Origin: Polyangiales bacterium
GTDB lineage: Bacteria; Myxococcota_A; Polyangia; Polyangiales; Ga0077539
DNA: 64,000 nt
Direction of reading: 5' to 3'
NCBI GenBank assembly: GCA_044229975.1
Contig: JBGARZ010000001.1
Location: 768,001 to 832,000, forward strand
Program-made: the position numbers and the translations under genes
In this document: one piece after another, positions 18,618-27,773 of the stretch
Position numbering within the stretch: position 1 is the first letter of the stretch
How the letters are laid out: every line of letters begins with the position of its first letter
The notes under the pieces: model-generated
The model's database searches: none
What the model was told of the DNA's origin: nothing
Seen by the model: the letters and a program-made list of their open reading frames with translations, nothing else

Positions 18618-19784
18618 TCAAGAGCACACCGTCGCTACGTGTCGGGCCCAGAGTGACGCGCGCAGCGACGCGAAGAGCCGTCGCGCGTCGTCGGGCGTCG
18701 GCAGGCCGAGCTCGCCGACGAGCACCGCCGGGGCGGGCGCCTCTACCGACGCCGCGAGCGCGTCGACAGCCCCGCGCATCGCTGCCGACAGCGCGGCGCC
18801 GTCCGCGTCGGCGCGTGACAGGAACCAATCGCGCACAGACCACGCGAGCGCCGCGTGGCGTGTCTCGTCGTGGGCAATGCGTCGCTGCGCGGCGGCCACG
18901 TCGGGCGCGCTGGCGTGGTCGGCCTGCCACCACGCCACCATCGCGGCCCAGGTCTCGTAGACGCAGCCTTCGACGACGTTCTCCCGCGCCACCGCGTCGA
19001 GCGTGCGTGCAACCGGGGCGTCGACGCGAGCCGTGACCTCGGCAGCCCCGCGACTGCGCGCCAGCGCACCGACGACCGCGGCGTGGCGCACCTCGTCCTG
19101 CGCCGAGGCGCGCGCGGCGACCACCAGCGACTCGGGAGCGCCGTGCGTGGCCAGCTCGCCCGCGAGGCGCTGGAAGGCGACGACCGACGCGGCCTCCAGC
19201 GAGGCCGTCCACGCCAGGAACGCGCCTGCGTCGTCGCCGCTCGCGAGCGCGGGCATCGCGAGGCCCTCGGTGCGCCGTCCGTAGCAGCACGTGCCACAGT
19301 GGACGACGAAGGGGCGCGCGTGGCGGCTCGTGATCTCGCGACAGAATCCCGCGACGACGGTGCCCGAACTGTTCGAACCCGCGCAGAGCGCCCGGCAGGC
19401 CGCGTCGCTCGTCCGGTCCTCGACCCTGGCGTCCAGGCGGGCGATCTCGTCATCAGGGAGTCCGCAGGGGAAGACGACGGTCTGCTCGTAGCCACAACTG
19501 CCGGGCGGGGGTTCGTAGCGCCGCGCGCACGCGCTGGCGTCCGCAACGGCGTCGGGCGCGACTCCCTGGTCGTCGTAGGCGCGGGCGTCGGGTGGCGAGT
19601 AGCCGCAGCGGTTCGCATCGAAGACATCCAGCCCGGGTGAATCGGACGTTGAGGCATCGCCCGAGTCCGTCACGTCAGGCGTGGCAGCGACGCCCGGGGA
19701 ATCCTTACATCCCACGGGGAGCGACGCGGTCAGCGCGACCTGAAAGATCGCGCGCAGGTGCAGGTTGTGTTTGCGAAGGTCCAT
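18618..19784 (-). CDS. Ferritin-like (di-iron carboxylate) domain lipoprotein, paralog of 13847..15193
   Basis: LPVGC lipobox-like; CCYGRRTEGL; LEAASVVAF, QDEVRH, ENVVEGCVYET, HDETRH. Confidence 0.85.
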   Translation of the reverse strand: MDLRKHNLHLRAIFQVALTASLPVGCKDSPGVAATPDVTDSGDASTSDSPGLDVFDANRCGYSPPDARAYDDQGVAPDAVADASACARRYEPPPGSCGYEQTVVFPCGLPDDEIARLDARVEDRTSDAACRALCAGSNSSGTVVAGFCREITSRHARPFVVHCGTCCYGRRTEGLAMPALASGDDAGAFLAWTASLEAASVVAFQRLAGELATHGAPESLVVAARASAQDEVRHAAVVGALARSRGAAEVTARVDAPVARTLDAVARENVVEGCVYETWAAMVAWWQADHASAPDVAAAQRRIAHDETRHAALAWSVRDWFLSRADADGAALSAAMRGAVDALAASVEAPAPAVLVGELGLPTPDDARRLFASLRASLWARHVATVCS

Positions 19785-19794
19785 GGGATCAGGT

Positions 19795-19851
19795 CACCAC
19801 CTTTTCACCCCTTGAGTGCGCGGCCCTCCGCTTCGCCTTCGCGAAATCGTC
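19795..19851 (-). promoter_or_regulatory. Putative ECF-dependent promoter plus leader, copy C
   Basis: Minus strand GACGATTTCGC-GAAGGC-N13-GCGCACTCAAGGGGTGAAAAGGTGGTG; nearly identical to copy B outside the 13-nt spacer. Confidence 0.75.
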
Positions 19852-20678
19852 TACGGGCTCTTCGCCTCGGCCGGGGGTGGGCACTTCAGCCGGTCGCGTC
19901 GCATGTACCGGCGCACCCGTTGGAAGGGCTCCGGGTCGACCTTCCAGTCGCCCGAGAAGGAGTCGTCGAGGTCGCGCACCACGTACAGGACGTGCGAGAC
20001 CGCGCCCGCCATGGCGCTGGTGATGAGCGCGTGGATCCAGACGTTTTCGACCTCGAAGAGCCACATCGAGCCGACCACGATCACCGCGCCGCCGTAGAGC
20101 AGCAGGTGCAGCGCGAAGGGGATGCGCGCGACGGCGCTGCTCAGCCGGTCGGCGCGGGCGTCGGAGAGGTCGTTGAAGCGCTTGAGGCACTCGTCGAAGA
20201 GGGCGACCTCGCGCGCCGTCTTCGGTTCGAAGACGTGCAGGGCCTCCCAGGTGTCGTCGAGGATGTGCCCCACCTCCTCGGAGTGGTCGATGTGGCAGCG
20301 CTCCATCGCCGTCCATTCGCTGTCGAGCACCTCGTCGACGTAGCGGCGCAGCCCGTCGCGCACGGCGCAGCGCTCCAGCCCGTGCAGCGCTTCGACCGTT
20401 CGGTAGAGGTCGAGCACCTCGTTGGCCTCGCGGTCGACGAGGCCGCGCACCTCGTTGAACTGCCCCCACACCACGTAGACGACGAAGGCCAGCAGCACGG
20501 CGTAGATGGAGCCGAGCGTCTGGAGGTAGTTGCCGACGACGTCGTTGCTCTTGTGCAGAACGTCCTGCGGCACGAGGTGGCGCACCGCGAGGAGGCCGAG
20601 CAGCGAGAGCGCGGACGCCCCGGCGATGACCGTGAGGAGCGAGCGCAGCGCGAAGATCCAACGCCCGATGCGTCGCAT
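19851..20678 (-). CDS. DUF4239 (bestrophin-like) membrane protein
   Basis: SNDVVGNYLQTLGSIYAVLLAFVVYVVW, DREANEV, DARADRL, DLDDSFSG; about 4 TM segments. Confidence 0.8.
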   Translation of the reverse strand: MRRIGRWIFALRSLLTVIAGASALSLLGLLAVRHLVPQDVLHKSNDVVGNYLQTLGSIYAVLLAFVVYVVWGQFNEVRGLVDREANEVLDLYRTVEALHGLERCAVRDGLRRYVDEVLDSEWTAMERCHIDHSEEVGHILDDTWEALHVFEPKTAREVALFDECLKRFNDLSDARADRLSSAVARIPFALHLLLYGGAVIVVGSMWLFEVENVWIHALITSAMAGAVSHVLYVVRDLDDSFSGDWKVDPEPFQRVRRYMRRDRLKCPPPAEAKSP

Positions 20679-20679
20679 G

Positions 20680-21618
20680 TCAGCGGAAGAACTCCGCCTG
20701 ATCGACGAAGCGGATGCCCGCCCGCGCGGCGAAGGTGCGGTCGGTGGTCATGTCGCCGACCATCAGCGTGTGGGCCCGGTCGAGCTTGTACTTCTCGATG
20801 AAGGCCACGCCGAGTCCCGGCATCGGCTTGCGGCACCAGCAGTTGATGGGAGCCGGCTCGTGCGGGCAGAACGACACCTCGATGTCGATGCCGAGCAGCT
20901 CGTTGGTGCGCGCGAAGCACGCCTGCGCCGCTTCGAGCGAGAGCGTCTTCTTGGACACCGCGCTCTGGTTGGACACGCCGAGCAGGCGATAGCCCTCGGC
21001 CTGGTACTTCTTCAGCACCTCGGTGCGCCCCGGCAGCACCTCCACGTCGTCGGGCGTCAGCGGGTACTTGTCGCCGCTCTTCGTCTTGCGGAGCGTGCCG
21101 TCGTAGTCGAGCAGCAGCGCCTTGCCCGTGTACCCGGCCGCCTGCGCCCCGCGCTTGAAGGGGACCTTCTCCACGCTCGCAAAGCCCTCGGCCATCGTCG
21201 GCGCCTCGAGGGCCTTGCGGTACTTGAAGAGCACCGCGGGGCTGTACGTGTTGGGGTCCCCCCTGCCCGCCTTCTTGATCTCGTCGGGCGTGAGCAGCCG
21301 ACCGTGCTTGCGGACGAGGCGCTCGACGGCGTTGTACTGGGCCTGCTCGATGGACGCGTCGAGCCACACGCAGCGCACCGGAACCCCACGCTGCTGCCCG
21401 AGCGCGACGAGCGGCGCGCGCGAGTCACGGGTGGCGTAGGTGTTGTCGAGCACCACCGAGGCGCCGTCGTCGAGCGCGGCGGCCACCAGCGGGACGAGGT
21501 CGGCGAGGGAGCTGTCGCCGAGGGTGTCGCGGTTGATGCGGCGGTGATGGGGGAAGTTCGCGGCCGTCCACGTCGACTTGCCCGACGCGGGATATCCCAT
21601 GAGAAGGACGATCTCCAT
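20680..21618 (-). CDS. Bifunctional polynucleotide kinase/3'-phosphatase-like protein (AAA_33 kinase + HAD-IIIA)
   Basis: GYPASGKST P-loop, VVLDNT; DYDGTL, VSNQS, CRKPMPG, MVGDMTTD. Confidence 0.8.
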   Translation of the reverse strand: MEIVLLMGYPASGKSTWTAANFPHHRRINRDTLGDSSLADLVPLVAAALDDGASVVLDNTYATRDSRAPLVALGQQRGVPVRCVWLDASIEQAQYNAVERLVRKHGRLLTPDEIKKAGRGDPNTYSPAVLFKYRKALEAPTMAEGFASVEKVPFKRGAQAAGYTGKALLLDYDGTLRKTKSGDKYPLTPDDVEVLPGRTEVLKKYQAEGYRLLGVSNQSAVSKKTLSLEAAQACFARTNELLGIDIEVSFCPHEPAPINCWCRKPMPGLGVAFIEKYKLDRAHTLMVGDMTTDRTFAARAGIRFVDQAEFFR

Positions 21619-21650
21619 GGGCCGACCGTATCACCAGGGCGGCGGGTGTT

Positions 21651-22364
21651 TCAGGTGGTGAGCTCGAGCACGATCTCGGGGGCGCCCGGTGGGCCGTGCG
21701 GGCCCTCGAAGCGGACGAGCCGGTGCGGCGCGGCCTTCTCATACCAGAGCTTGTATTTCGGCAGGAACGGCTTGGCCAGCTCGCTCACCACGCGCCCGAG
21801 CTTCACCCAGTCGTTGAGGTCCGGGTACATCGACAGCTCGCGCGTCTCGAAGCGCCCCGCGGGGACGTCGACGGTCACCGGCTTGAGCTCTTCGTAATAG
21901 ACCTTGGCGATCATGCGGTCGGCGATCCAGGCGTGCAGCGTGCGGCGCTGGCCGTCGAACGCAGTGCCGCGGAGCAGAAACGGCAGGCAGACCTCGGGGT
22001 ACGTGTCCGTGGGGAAGCGCAGCGGGCCGCGGGTGAAGTCGGCCGTCTCGCGGCGACACTCGGCCCCCTGCTCGTCGAGCATGGTGCGGTCGAAGACCTT
22101 CGCGCGCACCGTCGGGCGGGCGTCGCACTCCAGGGTCTCGCGGATGACGCCGCGGAGGATGTTCTGCTCGATGGTGACGGTGAGCGCCTCTCCGGTGACG
22201 CGGGTGGTGACGACGGCGAGGTGCGTGCGCTTCGGGTCGAGCAGGTCGTGCGCGTCGAGCACCGTGTGAAACGAGCGCTGCGGCCGCGCGCGGATCACGT
22301 ACCGGGTGATCTCCTCTCCCTTCACCGGAGGGAGCCCGAGGGCGTGTGCCTGGTCAGTCTTCAT
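21651..22364 (-). CDS. Hypothetical protein (DUF3108-like C-terminal motif)
   Basis: ATG 22364 in ORF 21651..23108; VTVDVPAGRFET...KLWYE...LVRF. Confidence 0.7.
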   Translation of the reverse strand: MKTDQAHALGLPPVKGEEITRYVIRARPQRSFHTVLDAHDLLDPKRTHLAVVTTRVTGEALTVTIEQNILRGVIRETLECDARPTVRAKVFDRTMLDEQGAECRRETADFTRGPLRFPTDTYPEVCLPFLLRGTAFDGQRRTLHAWIADRMIAKVYYEELKPVTVDVPAGRFETRELSMYPDLNDWVKLGRVVSELAKPFLPKYKLWYEKAAPHRLVRFEGPHGPPGAPEIVLELTT

Positions 22365-22432
22365 GGGGGGTGTTGGCCGCGGAGGATAGCGAAACCGCGG
22401 CCGAGGCGGGGAGACGATCGGGGCGGGCGCGC

Positions 22433-24265
22433 TCAGCGGTTGTTGGTGACGCGCAGGGCGGAGAGCTCGTTGAGGTAGCACTCCAGGTTGGTGTACCCGG
22501 CGACGCCGGTCATCGCGACGGAGACGGTGGTGCCGTTGTGGTCCTGCGCGTTGGGGTTGAGGCCCTTGGCGCGCTCCCACGAGTCGGGCATGCCGTCGTT
22601 GTCGGTGTCGACCGGGGCGGCGGGCGCGGCGCCGGTGAAGGCGGTGCGCAGCGCGTCGTTGGCCGGGTTGGTGTTGCTCGCGCGGCTGTCGAAGGTCCCG
22701 GCGCTCACGTTGCCCATGAGGCGCGTGTCCATCGGGTCGCGCGGGAAGGCGCCGGCGTTGGCGACCGCGTAGGGACGAACGTTGGCCGAAGGCATCACCG
22801 TCACCGCGGGGAAGGCGTGGCGGGTGGTGCGCGCCCAGGAGGGGCGGACCGCGGTGCTGCCGTTGTAGTCCGAGCAGCAGTAGTTGAGGTCCCAGTCGGC
22901 GCGGGTGGGCCAGAGGTTGGAGCGGTTGTCGTTGAAGTACGCCGTGGTGCCGCCCGCGGAGGGCTGTAGCCAGATGGAGCCGAAGCGGTTGCTGCTCGGG
23001 GCGAAGGAGGAGTTCCCGATCCAGTTCATCTGGTAGTAGACCCACGACCCCGCGTTGGACCCGGAGATGTTGGTCGGGTTCACGTCGATGAAGTAGCGCT
23101 GATCCCACAGGAGGTTGTTGGTCAGCTCGACGCGCATGGTGGAGCCCGCCACCGCCGCGCCGCTCTCGCGCGAGAACTCCGGGTAGCGGCCCTGGAGGCG
23201 GTTCCAGACGTTGCGGACGATGGCGAGGTTGTCGAGCGCGTAGCCCGCCGCGGGGTTGCTGTAGTTGATGAGCATCCCGCCGTACTGCGCGTGGTCGCCG
23301 ATGGTCTCCGCCAGGATGCTGTCCTGGATGGTGACGTTGTTGGTATACGAGATCTCGACGGCCTCGTCGGCGGCGTTGCCCATGGAGAGGTGGTCGATGA
23401 CGCCGTTGCGGGCGTAGCGGAGGCGCAGGCCATCGGGGAAGTCACCGCCGGCCGGGCGGCTGCGCAGGTGGCGCACGATGAAGTTGCTGACGCCGCGCGC
23501 GTTGGCGCCGCACTGCTGGTCGCAGTAGTTCGCCTCGGTGGTGTGGAAGCCGCGCACCGTGATGCCGCCGGGGGAGGTCTGGCCCGCGATGGTCACGTCG
23601 CCGCTGTTCATCTGGACGTCGCTGTTGATGACGCCGCTGACCTTGAAGAGGATGTACCGCGGGCCGGTCTGCTGGACGGCGTCCTGAAACGACCCCGCGC
23701 CCGACGCGTTGAGGTTGGTCACATAGATCACCCGACCGCCGCGGCCGCCCGTCGCAGTGGCGCCGAAGCCCTCCGCGCCGGGGAAGGCCCGCAGACCCGA
23801 GGACGGGGTCGTCGTGCTGGTCACGCCGCCCGCATCGGCGGCCGGGGTCACCGGCGGAGCGGTGGTGCCTGAGCCCGCGTCGACCGCACCCGTGTCGCGA
23901 ACGCCCGTGTCCCGAACCCCGGTGTCCCGAACGCCCGTGTCGCGGACCCCGGTGTCGCGGACCCCCGCGTCCTGCGCGCCGGTGGTCACGGTGATGGCGG
24001 TGCAGGCGACGTAGCCCGAGAGGCGATAGCAGTCGTTGTCGCCGTCGCAGAAGCACTTCGCCTCGCCCGGCCAGCAGTTGCGGATCTGCCCGGCCGCGTT
24101 GCGCGGGTCGCCGCGGCCGTCGCGGACGACGACCTCGGGGCAGAGCCGAACGGTCAGCCCGCTGGAGGCGGACTCGGTGTCGTCGACGTCGTCCATCGGG
24201 GCGCAGCCGACGGCCGAGAGCAGCGAGAGCGAGGCGACAAACAACGTGGTCAATGGGCGGTACAT
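22433..24265 (-). CDS. Pectate-lyase-like (PL1-type beta-helix) lipoprotein
   Basis: ATG 24265; SAVGC lipobox; AFPGAEGFG...GGRGGRVIYVTNLN, FKVSGVI, VTIAGQTSPG, IDHLS, DTDNDGMPDSWE. Confidence 0.85.
   Translation of the reverse strand: MYRPLTTLFVASLSLLSAVGCAPMDDVDDTESASSGLTVRLCPEVVVRDGRGDPRNAAGQIRNCWPGEAKCFCDGDNDCYRLSGYVACTAITVTTGAQDAGVRDTGVRDTGVRDTGVRDTGVRDTGAVDAGSGTTAPPVTPAADAGGVTSTTTPSSGLRAFPGAEGFGATATGGRGGRVIYVTNLNASGAGSFQDAVQQTGPRYILFKVSGVINSDVQMNSGDVTIAGQTSPGGITVRGFHTTEANYCDQQCGANARGVSNFIVRHLRSRPAGGDFPDGLRLRYARNGVIDHLSMGNAADEAVEISYTNNVTIQDSILAETIGDHAQYGGMLINYSNPAAGYALDNLAIVRNVWNRLQGRYPEFSRESGAAVAGSTMRVELTNNLLWDQRYFIDVNPTNISGSNAGSWVYYQMNWIGNSSFAPSSNRFGSIWLQPSAGGTTAYFNDNRSNLWPTRADWDLNYCCSDYNGSTAVRPSWARTTRHAFPAVTVMPSANVRPYAVANAGAFPRDPMDTRLMGNVSAGTFDSRASNTNPANDALRTAFTGAAPAAPVDTDNDGMPDSWERAKGLNPNAQDHNGTTVSVAMTGVAGYTNLECYLNELSALRVTNNR
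23890..23970. repeat. Degenerate 15-bp tandem repeat encoding (GVRDT)x5
   Basis: Translation GVRDTGVRDTGVRDTGVRDTGVRDTG. Confidence 0.85.
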
Positions 24266-24624
24266 GCCGCGGAAGAAACAGCCACTCCCGCGTTGTGGCA
24301 AATCGAAAATCATTGGCGACACGATGGCTACATCGTTGAGAGATGTCGGCAATGAAGCGCCCTCTGTGCCGCTGGGTGACCGCGGTCGGCTGCGCGCCGG
24401 AGATGTAGGTTGTGGCGTTATGGTGGCAACGCGATCCTCCCCGGGGAGCAAACGCGGAGACACAGCCGACAACGGGGTGGCACAAGGTGCCGACCGCACC
24501 GACAGACGAATTCTTCCGGCTCGGGACGGTTTCGGTCCCGGTGCGCGTCGACCGCCGCGAGCGGATCGGCCTCGACTCGGTCGGTGACGGGCAGTGGGGC
24601 GGGGAAGTAGAGTCCGCGCCGCCG

Positions 24625-26415
24625 ATGTCGACGCTCCTGAATGACGAAGCGATGTCCCGCGCGCGCGCCGCGATGCGGGCCTCGCAGCCGCACAATGCCG
24701 TGCTCATCCTGATGGGGGCCGCGGGGCAGACGCACCTCCAGGCGCGCGACTACGACGAGCTCGTGCGGCTGCTGGCCGACGCGCTGCAACAGATCGGGCT
24801 CCTGCGGGCGGCGGCGTCGGTGTGGCTCTACCTCCGCGACGGCAACCGCATGGCGCAGGTGAGCGGCGGCGAGCCGAGAGACCTCGCGCGCGCCGCGACG
24901 CTGGCGGGCAACCACGGCCTCGCCGCGCAGCACTACCGGGCCGCGCGCTGGCCCGCGCACGCGGCCATCTCGGCGGAGAAGGCCCAGCTCTTCCCGCAGG
25001 CGCGCGTGCTGTGGGAGGAGGTTCAGGCCGACCCGCGGCTGCGGGAGGACCCGTACAACGCCGCGCTGGTGAGCTTCAACGCGGGCCGGGTGCTGGCGCA
25101 GCTCCGCGACGCGGCCGGGGCGCAGCGCGGTCGGGTGCGCGCGATGCGACTGCTGGAGGAGGCGGCCGACCTCTTCGAGGCGCGCGGTCTGCGCGAGCGG
25201 GCCTTCGACTGCTTCCAGGTGCTGCTCACGCTCGGGGCCGAGACCGGGAGCTTCGAAAACCTCGCGGAGGGCTACCTCAACTGCATCCGCATCCTGCGCG
25301 AAGACCACCTGAAGTATTACGCGCTCCAGTATTACGAGGACTTCATCGGGCGGGCCGCGCGCGCGCAGGAGCACCACGCCGTCGCGACCATCGTGCACGA
25401 GGCGGCGGACTACGCGCGGGCGCTCGGGCTGCCGTTTCACCCGACGCTGCGGATGCGCGAGGCCGAGGCGTGGCGCGCGGCGGCCGAGCACATCCTGCGG
25501 ACGGGCGGCTCGGTCGAGCTCGCGGAAAACGCGCTGCTTGCGGCGGTGGGCGCGTACTCGGGCGTCGGGATGCACGCGCGGGCGGTGGGGGTCTTCGGGA
25601 TGCTGGCGCGCATGCCGGGCATCGAGGACGAGCGGGCCCGGCGCTACGCGCGCTTGAGCGAGCGCTACGGCGAGGCGAAGGACGAGGCGATGCGGGTGCC
25701 CACGGTGCCCGAGTACCTGAAGCAGCCGGTGGCGTACCCCGACATCTGGAACGTCGACGTCATCGAGTGGGAAGAAGACGGCGACGCGGTGGAGACCTGC
25801 GGGGAGATTCTCCTCGACACCACGCTGCCGGACTTCGTGCGGCGCAAGGCGCTGCTGGCGAGGTTGGTTCCGTTGACGGCGCGGGAGCCCAACCACCCCA
25901 ACACGCTGGCGCAGCTCGCCGAGGCGCTCGGGCAGGTGCAGCTCTACGCCGTGCTCTCGCCGCTGGAACACCTCTTCGAGCGGGGCCGCGGCGACGTGCG
26001 GGTGGCGGTGCTGCGGGCGGCGCGGTCGCTCTTCTTCAAGCGCACGTACACGCTGCTCATGCGGGGTGTGGCGGAGGGCGAAGCCGCGGTGCGGATGGCG
26101 GTCATCGAGGCCATCCAGATCCTCCATTTCCCGCACGCCTTCGACCCGCTCTCGCGGCTGCACCGTGATCAGTCCGATGTGCAGATCAGGGCGGCGGCGC
26201 TCAACTCCATCGGGCGCATCCCCTCGCTCGAAGCGGTGGAGTACCTCATCGGAACGCTCCGCCAGGGCTCAGCCGAGGAGCGACAGATCGCCGCCGATCT
26301 CCTCTCACGCCACGACGCGATGGAGGCGACGAGCGCGCTCCAGGCGGCGGCGGCGCAGGAGACCGGGGAGATGCAGCAGATCCTGCACAACGTTCTTCGA
26401 CGACGCGTGCGCTGA
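24625..26415 (+). CDS. TPR/HEAT-repeat protein
   Basis: Likely ATG 24625 in ORF 24412..26415; helical repeats, C-terminal HEAT-like VRMAVIEAI and IRAAALNSIGRI. Confidence 0.8.
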   Translation: MSTLLNDEAMSRARAAMRASQPHNAVLILMGAAGQTHLQARDYDELVRLLADALQQIGLLRAAASVWLYLRDGNRMAQVSGGEPRDLARAATLAGNHGLAAQHYRAARWPAHAAISAEKAQLFPQARVLWEEVQADPRLREDPYNAALVSFNAGRVLAQLRDAAGAQRGRVRAMRLLEEAADLFEARGLRERAFDCFQVLLTLGAETGSFENLAEGYLNCIRILREDHLKYYALQYYEDFIGRAARAQEHHAVATIVHEAADYARALGLPFHPTLRMREAEAWRAAAEHILRTGGSVELAENALLAAVGAYSGVGMHARAVGVFGMLARMPGIEDERARRYARLSERYGEAKDEAMRVPTVPEYLKQPVAYPDIWNVDVIEWEEDGDAVETCGEILLDTTLPDFVRRKALLARLVPLTAREPNHPNTLAQLAEALGQVQLYAVLSPLEHLFERGRGDVRVAVLRAARSLFFKRTYTLLMRGVAEGEAAVRMAVIEAIQILHFPHAFDPLSRLHRDQSDVQIRAAALNSIGRIPSLEAVEYLIGTLRQGSAEERQIAADLLSRHDAMEATSALQAAAAQETGEMQQILHNVLRRRVR

Positions 26416-26462
26416 GCGGACCGTCGTCGACGCCCACACCGAATACCCAACACGAGGATCGC

Positions 26463-27773
26463 ATGGAGTTTCCGAAGCGGGGAATGTCGAAGGACGAGGT
26501 GCTCTCGACGCTGAAGGGGCGGCAGGGCGGCGACGCCGACTGGCGCAACGGGCGCACGTTTTCGCTCGTGTACTACGCGGGGCCCGAGGCGCTCGATGTG
26601 CTCTATGAAGCATCGCGCGCGTACTTCTCGGAAAACGCGCTCAACCCGATGGCCTTTCCGGGCTTGCGGCAGTGCGAGACCGACGTGGTGGCGATGACCG
26701 CCGCGATGTTTCACCACCCCGACGCCGCGGGCACCATGACCACCGGCGGAACCGAAAGCATCCTGATGGCCGTGAAGACGGCGCGGGAGTGGGCACGCGC
26801 CACGAAGCCCGAGATCACCCATCCCGAGATGCTGGTCCCCATCACGGTACACCCCGCTTTCGAGAAGGCGGCGCACTACTTCGACGTGAAGGCGGTGCAC
26901 GTCCCAGTCACGGGTGACTACCGCGCCGACATGGCGGCCGCGCGCTCGCTGGTCAATGACAACACCATCCTCATCGTCGGGTCGGCGCCACAATATCCGC
27001 ACGGGGTGGTCGACCCCATCGCCGAGCTCGCGGAGCTGGCGCAGCAGCGCGGGATTCTCTGTCACGTCGACGCCTGCCTCGGTGGGTTCTTGCTCCCGTG
27101 GGTGGAGAAGCTCGGGTACCACGTTCCGACTTTTGACTTCCGCGTACCGGGTGTGACCTCGATGAGCGCGGACGTGCACAAGTATGGCTATGCGGCCAAG
27201 GGCGCCTCGGTGGTCCTTTATCGCGATCGCGACCTGCGGCGCTTCCAGTTTGTCGCCTATGCCGACTGGCCGGGGGGCTTGTACGGCTCGCCGTCGATGT
27301 GCGGGACGCGCGCGGGAGGCCCCATCGCGGCAGCGTGGGCGATCATGAACCACCTTGGCGAAGAGGGTTATCTCCGCATCACCAAGACGACGATGGAGAC
27401 CGCGCGTCGCTTGATCGATGGCATCAACGCCATCCCGGGCCTGGCGGTGTTCGGTGATCCGGTGGGGAGCGTGTTCGGCTTTGGCTCCGACGAGATCGAC
27501 ATCTTCGCGCTGTCGGAGGCGATGGACGCGCGCGGCTGGCACCTCGATCGGCTCCAACGGCCCTCGGGCCTGCACATGATGATCACGCCCGCGCACGCGC
27601 CGCTGGTCGATCAGATTCTCGCTGACCTGCGTGAGGCGACGGAGCTCATCCGACTCAACGGCACCACCGCCGAAGGCGCCGCCGCGATGTACGGCGCGCT
27701 CGGAACGATGGAAGACCGCGGGACGGTCAACGACTTCATCCTCGGGTTTCTCGACAACATCGACGCGCGGTGA
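26463..27773 (+). CDS. PLP-dependent group II decarboxylase family, sphingosine-1-phosphate-lyase-like
   Basis: NALNPMAFP, TTGGTESILMA, HVDACLGGF, FDFRVPGVTSMSADVHKYG (PLP lysine), WPGGLYGSPSMCGTR. Confidence 0.85.
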   Translation: MEFPKRGMSKDEVLSTLKGRQGGDADWRNGRTFSLVYYAGPEALDVLYEASRAYFSENALNPMAFPGLRQCETDVVAMTAAMFHHPDAAGTMTTGGTESILMAVKTAREWARATKPEITHPEMLVPITVHPAFEKAAHYFDVKAVHVPVTGDYRADMAAARSLVNDNTILIVGSAPQYPHGVVDPIAELAELAQQRGILCHVDACLGGFLLPWVEKLGYHVPTFDFRVPGVTSMSADVHKYGYAAKGASVVLYRDRDLRRFQFVAYADWPGGLYGSPSMCGTRAGGPIAAAWAIMNHLGEEGYLRITKTTMETARRLIDGINAIPGLAVFGDPVGSVFGFGSDEIDIFALSEAMDARGWHLDRLQRPSGLHMMITPAHAPLVDQILADLREATELIRLNGTTAEGAAAMYGALGTMEDRGTVNDFILGFLDNIDAR

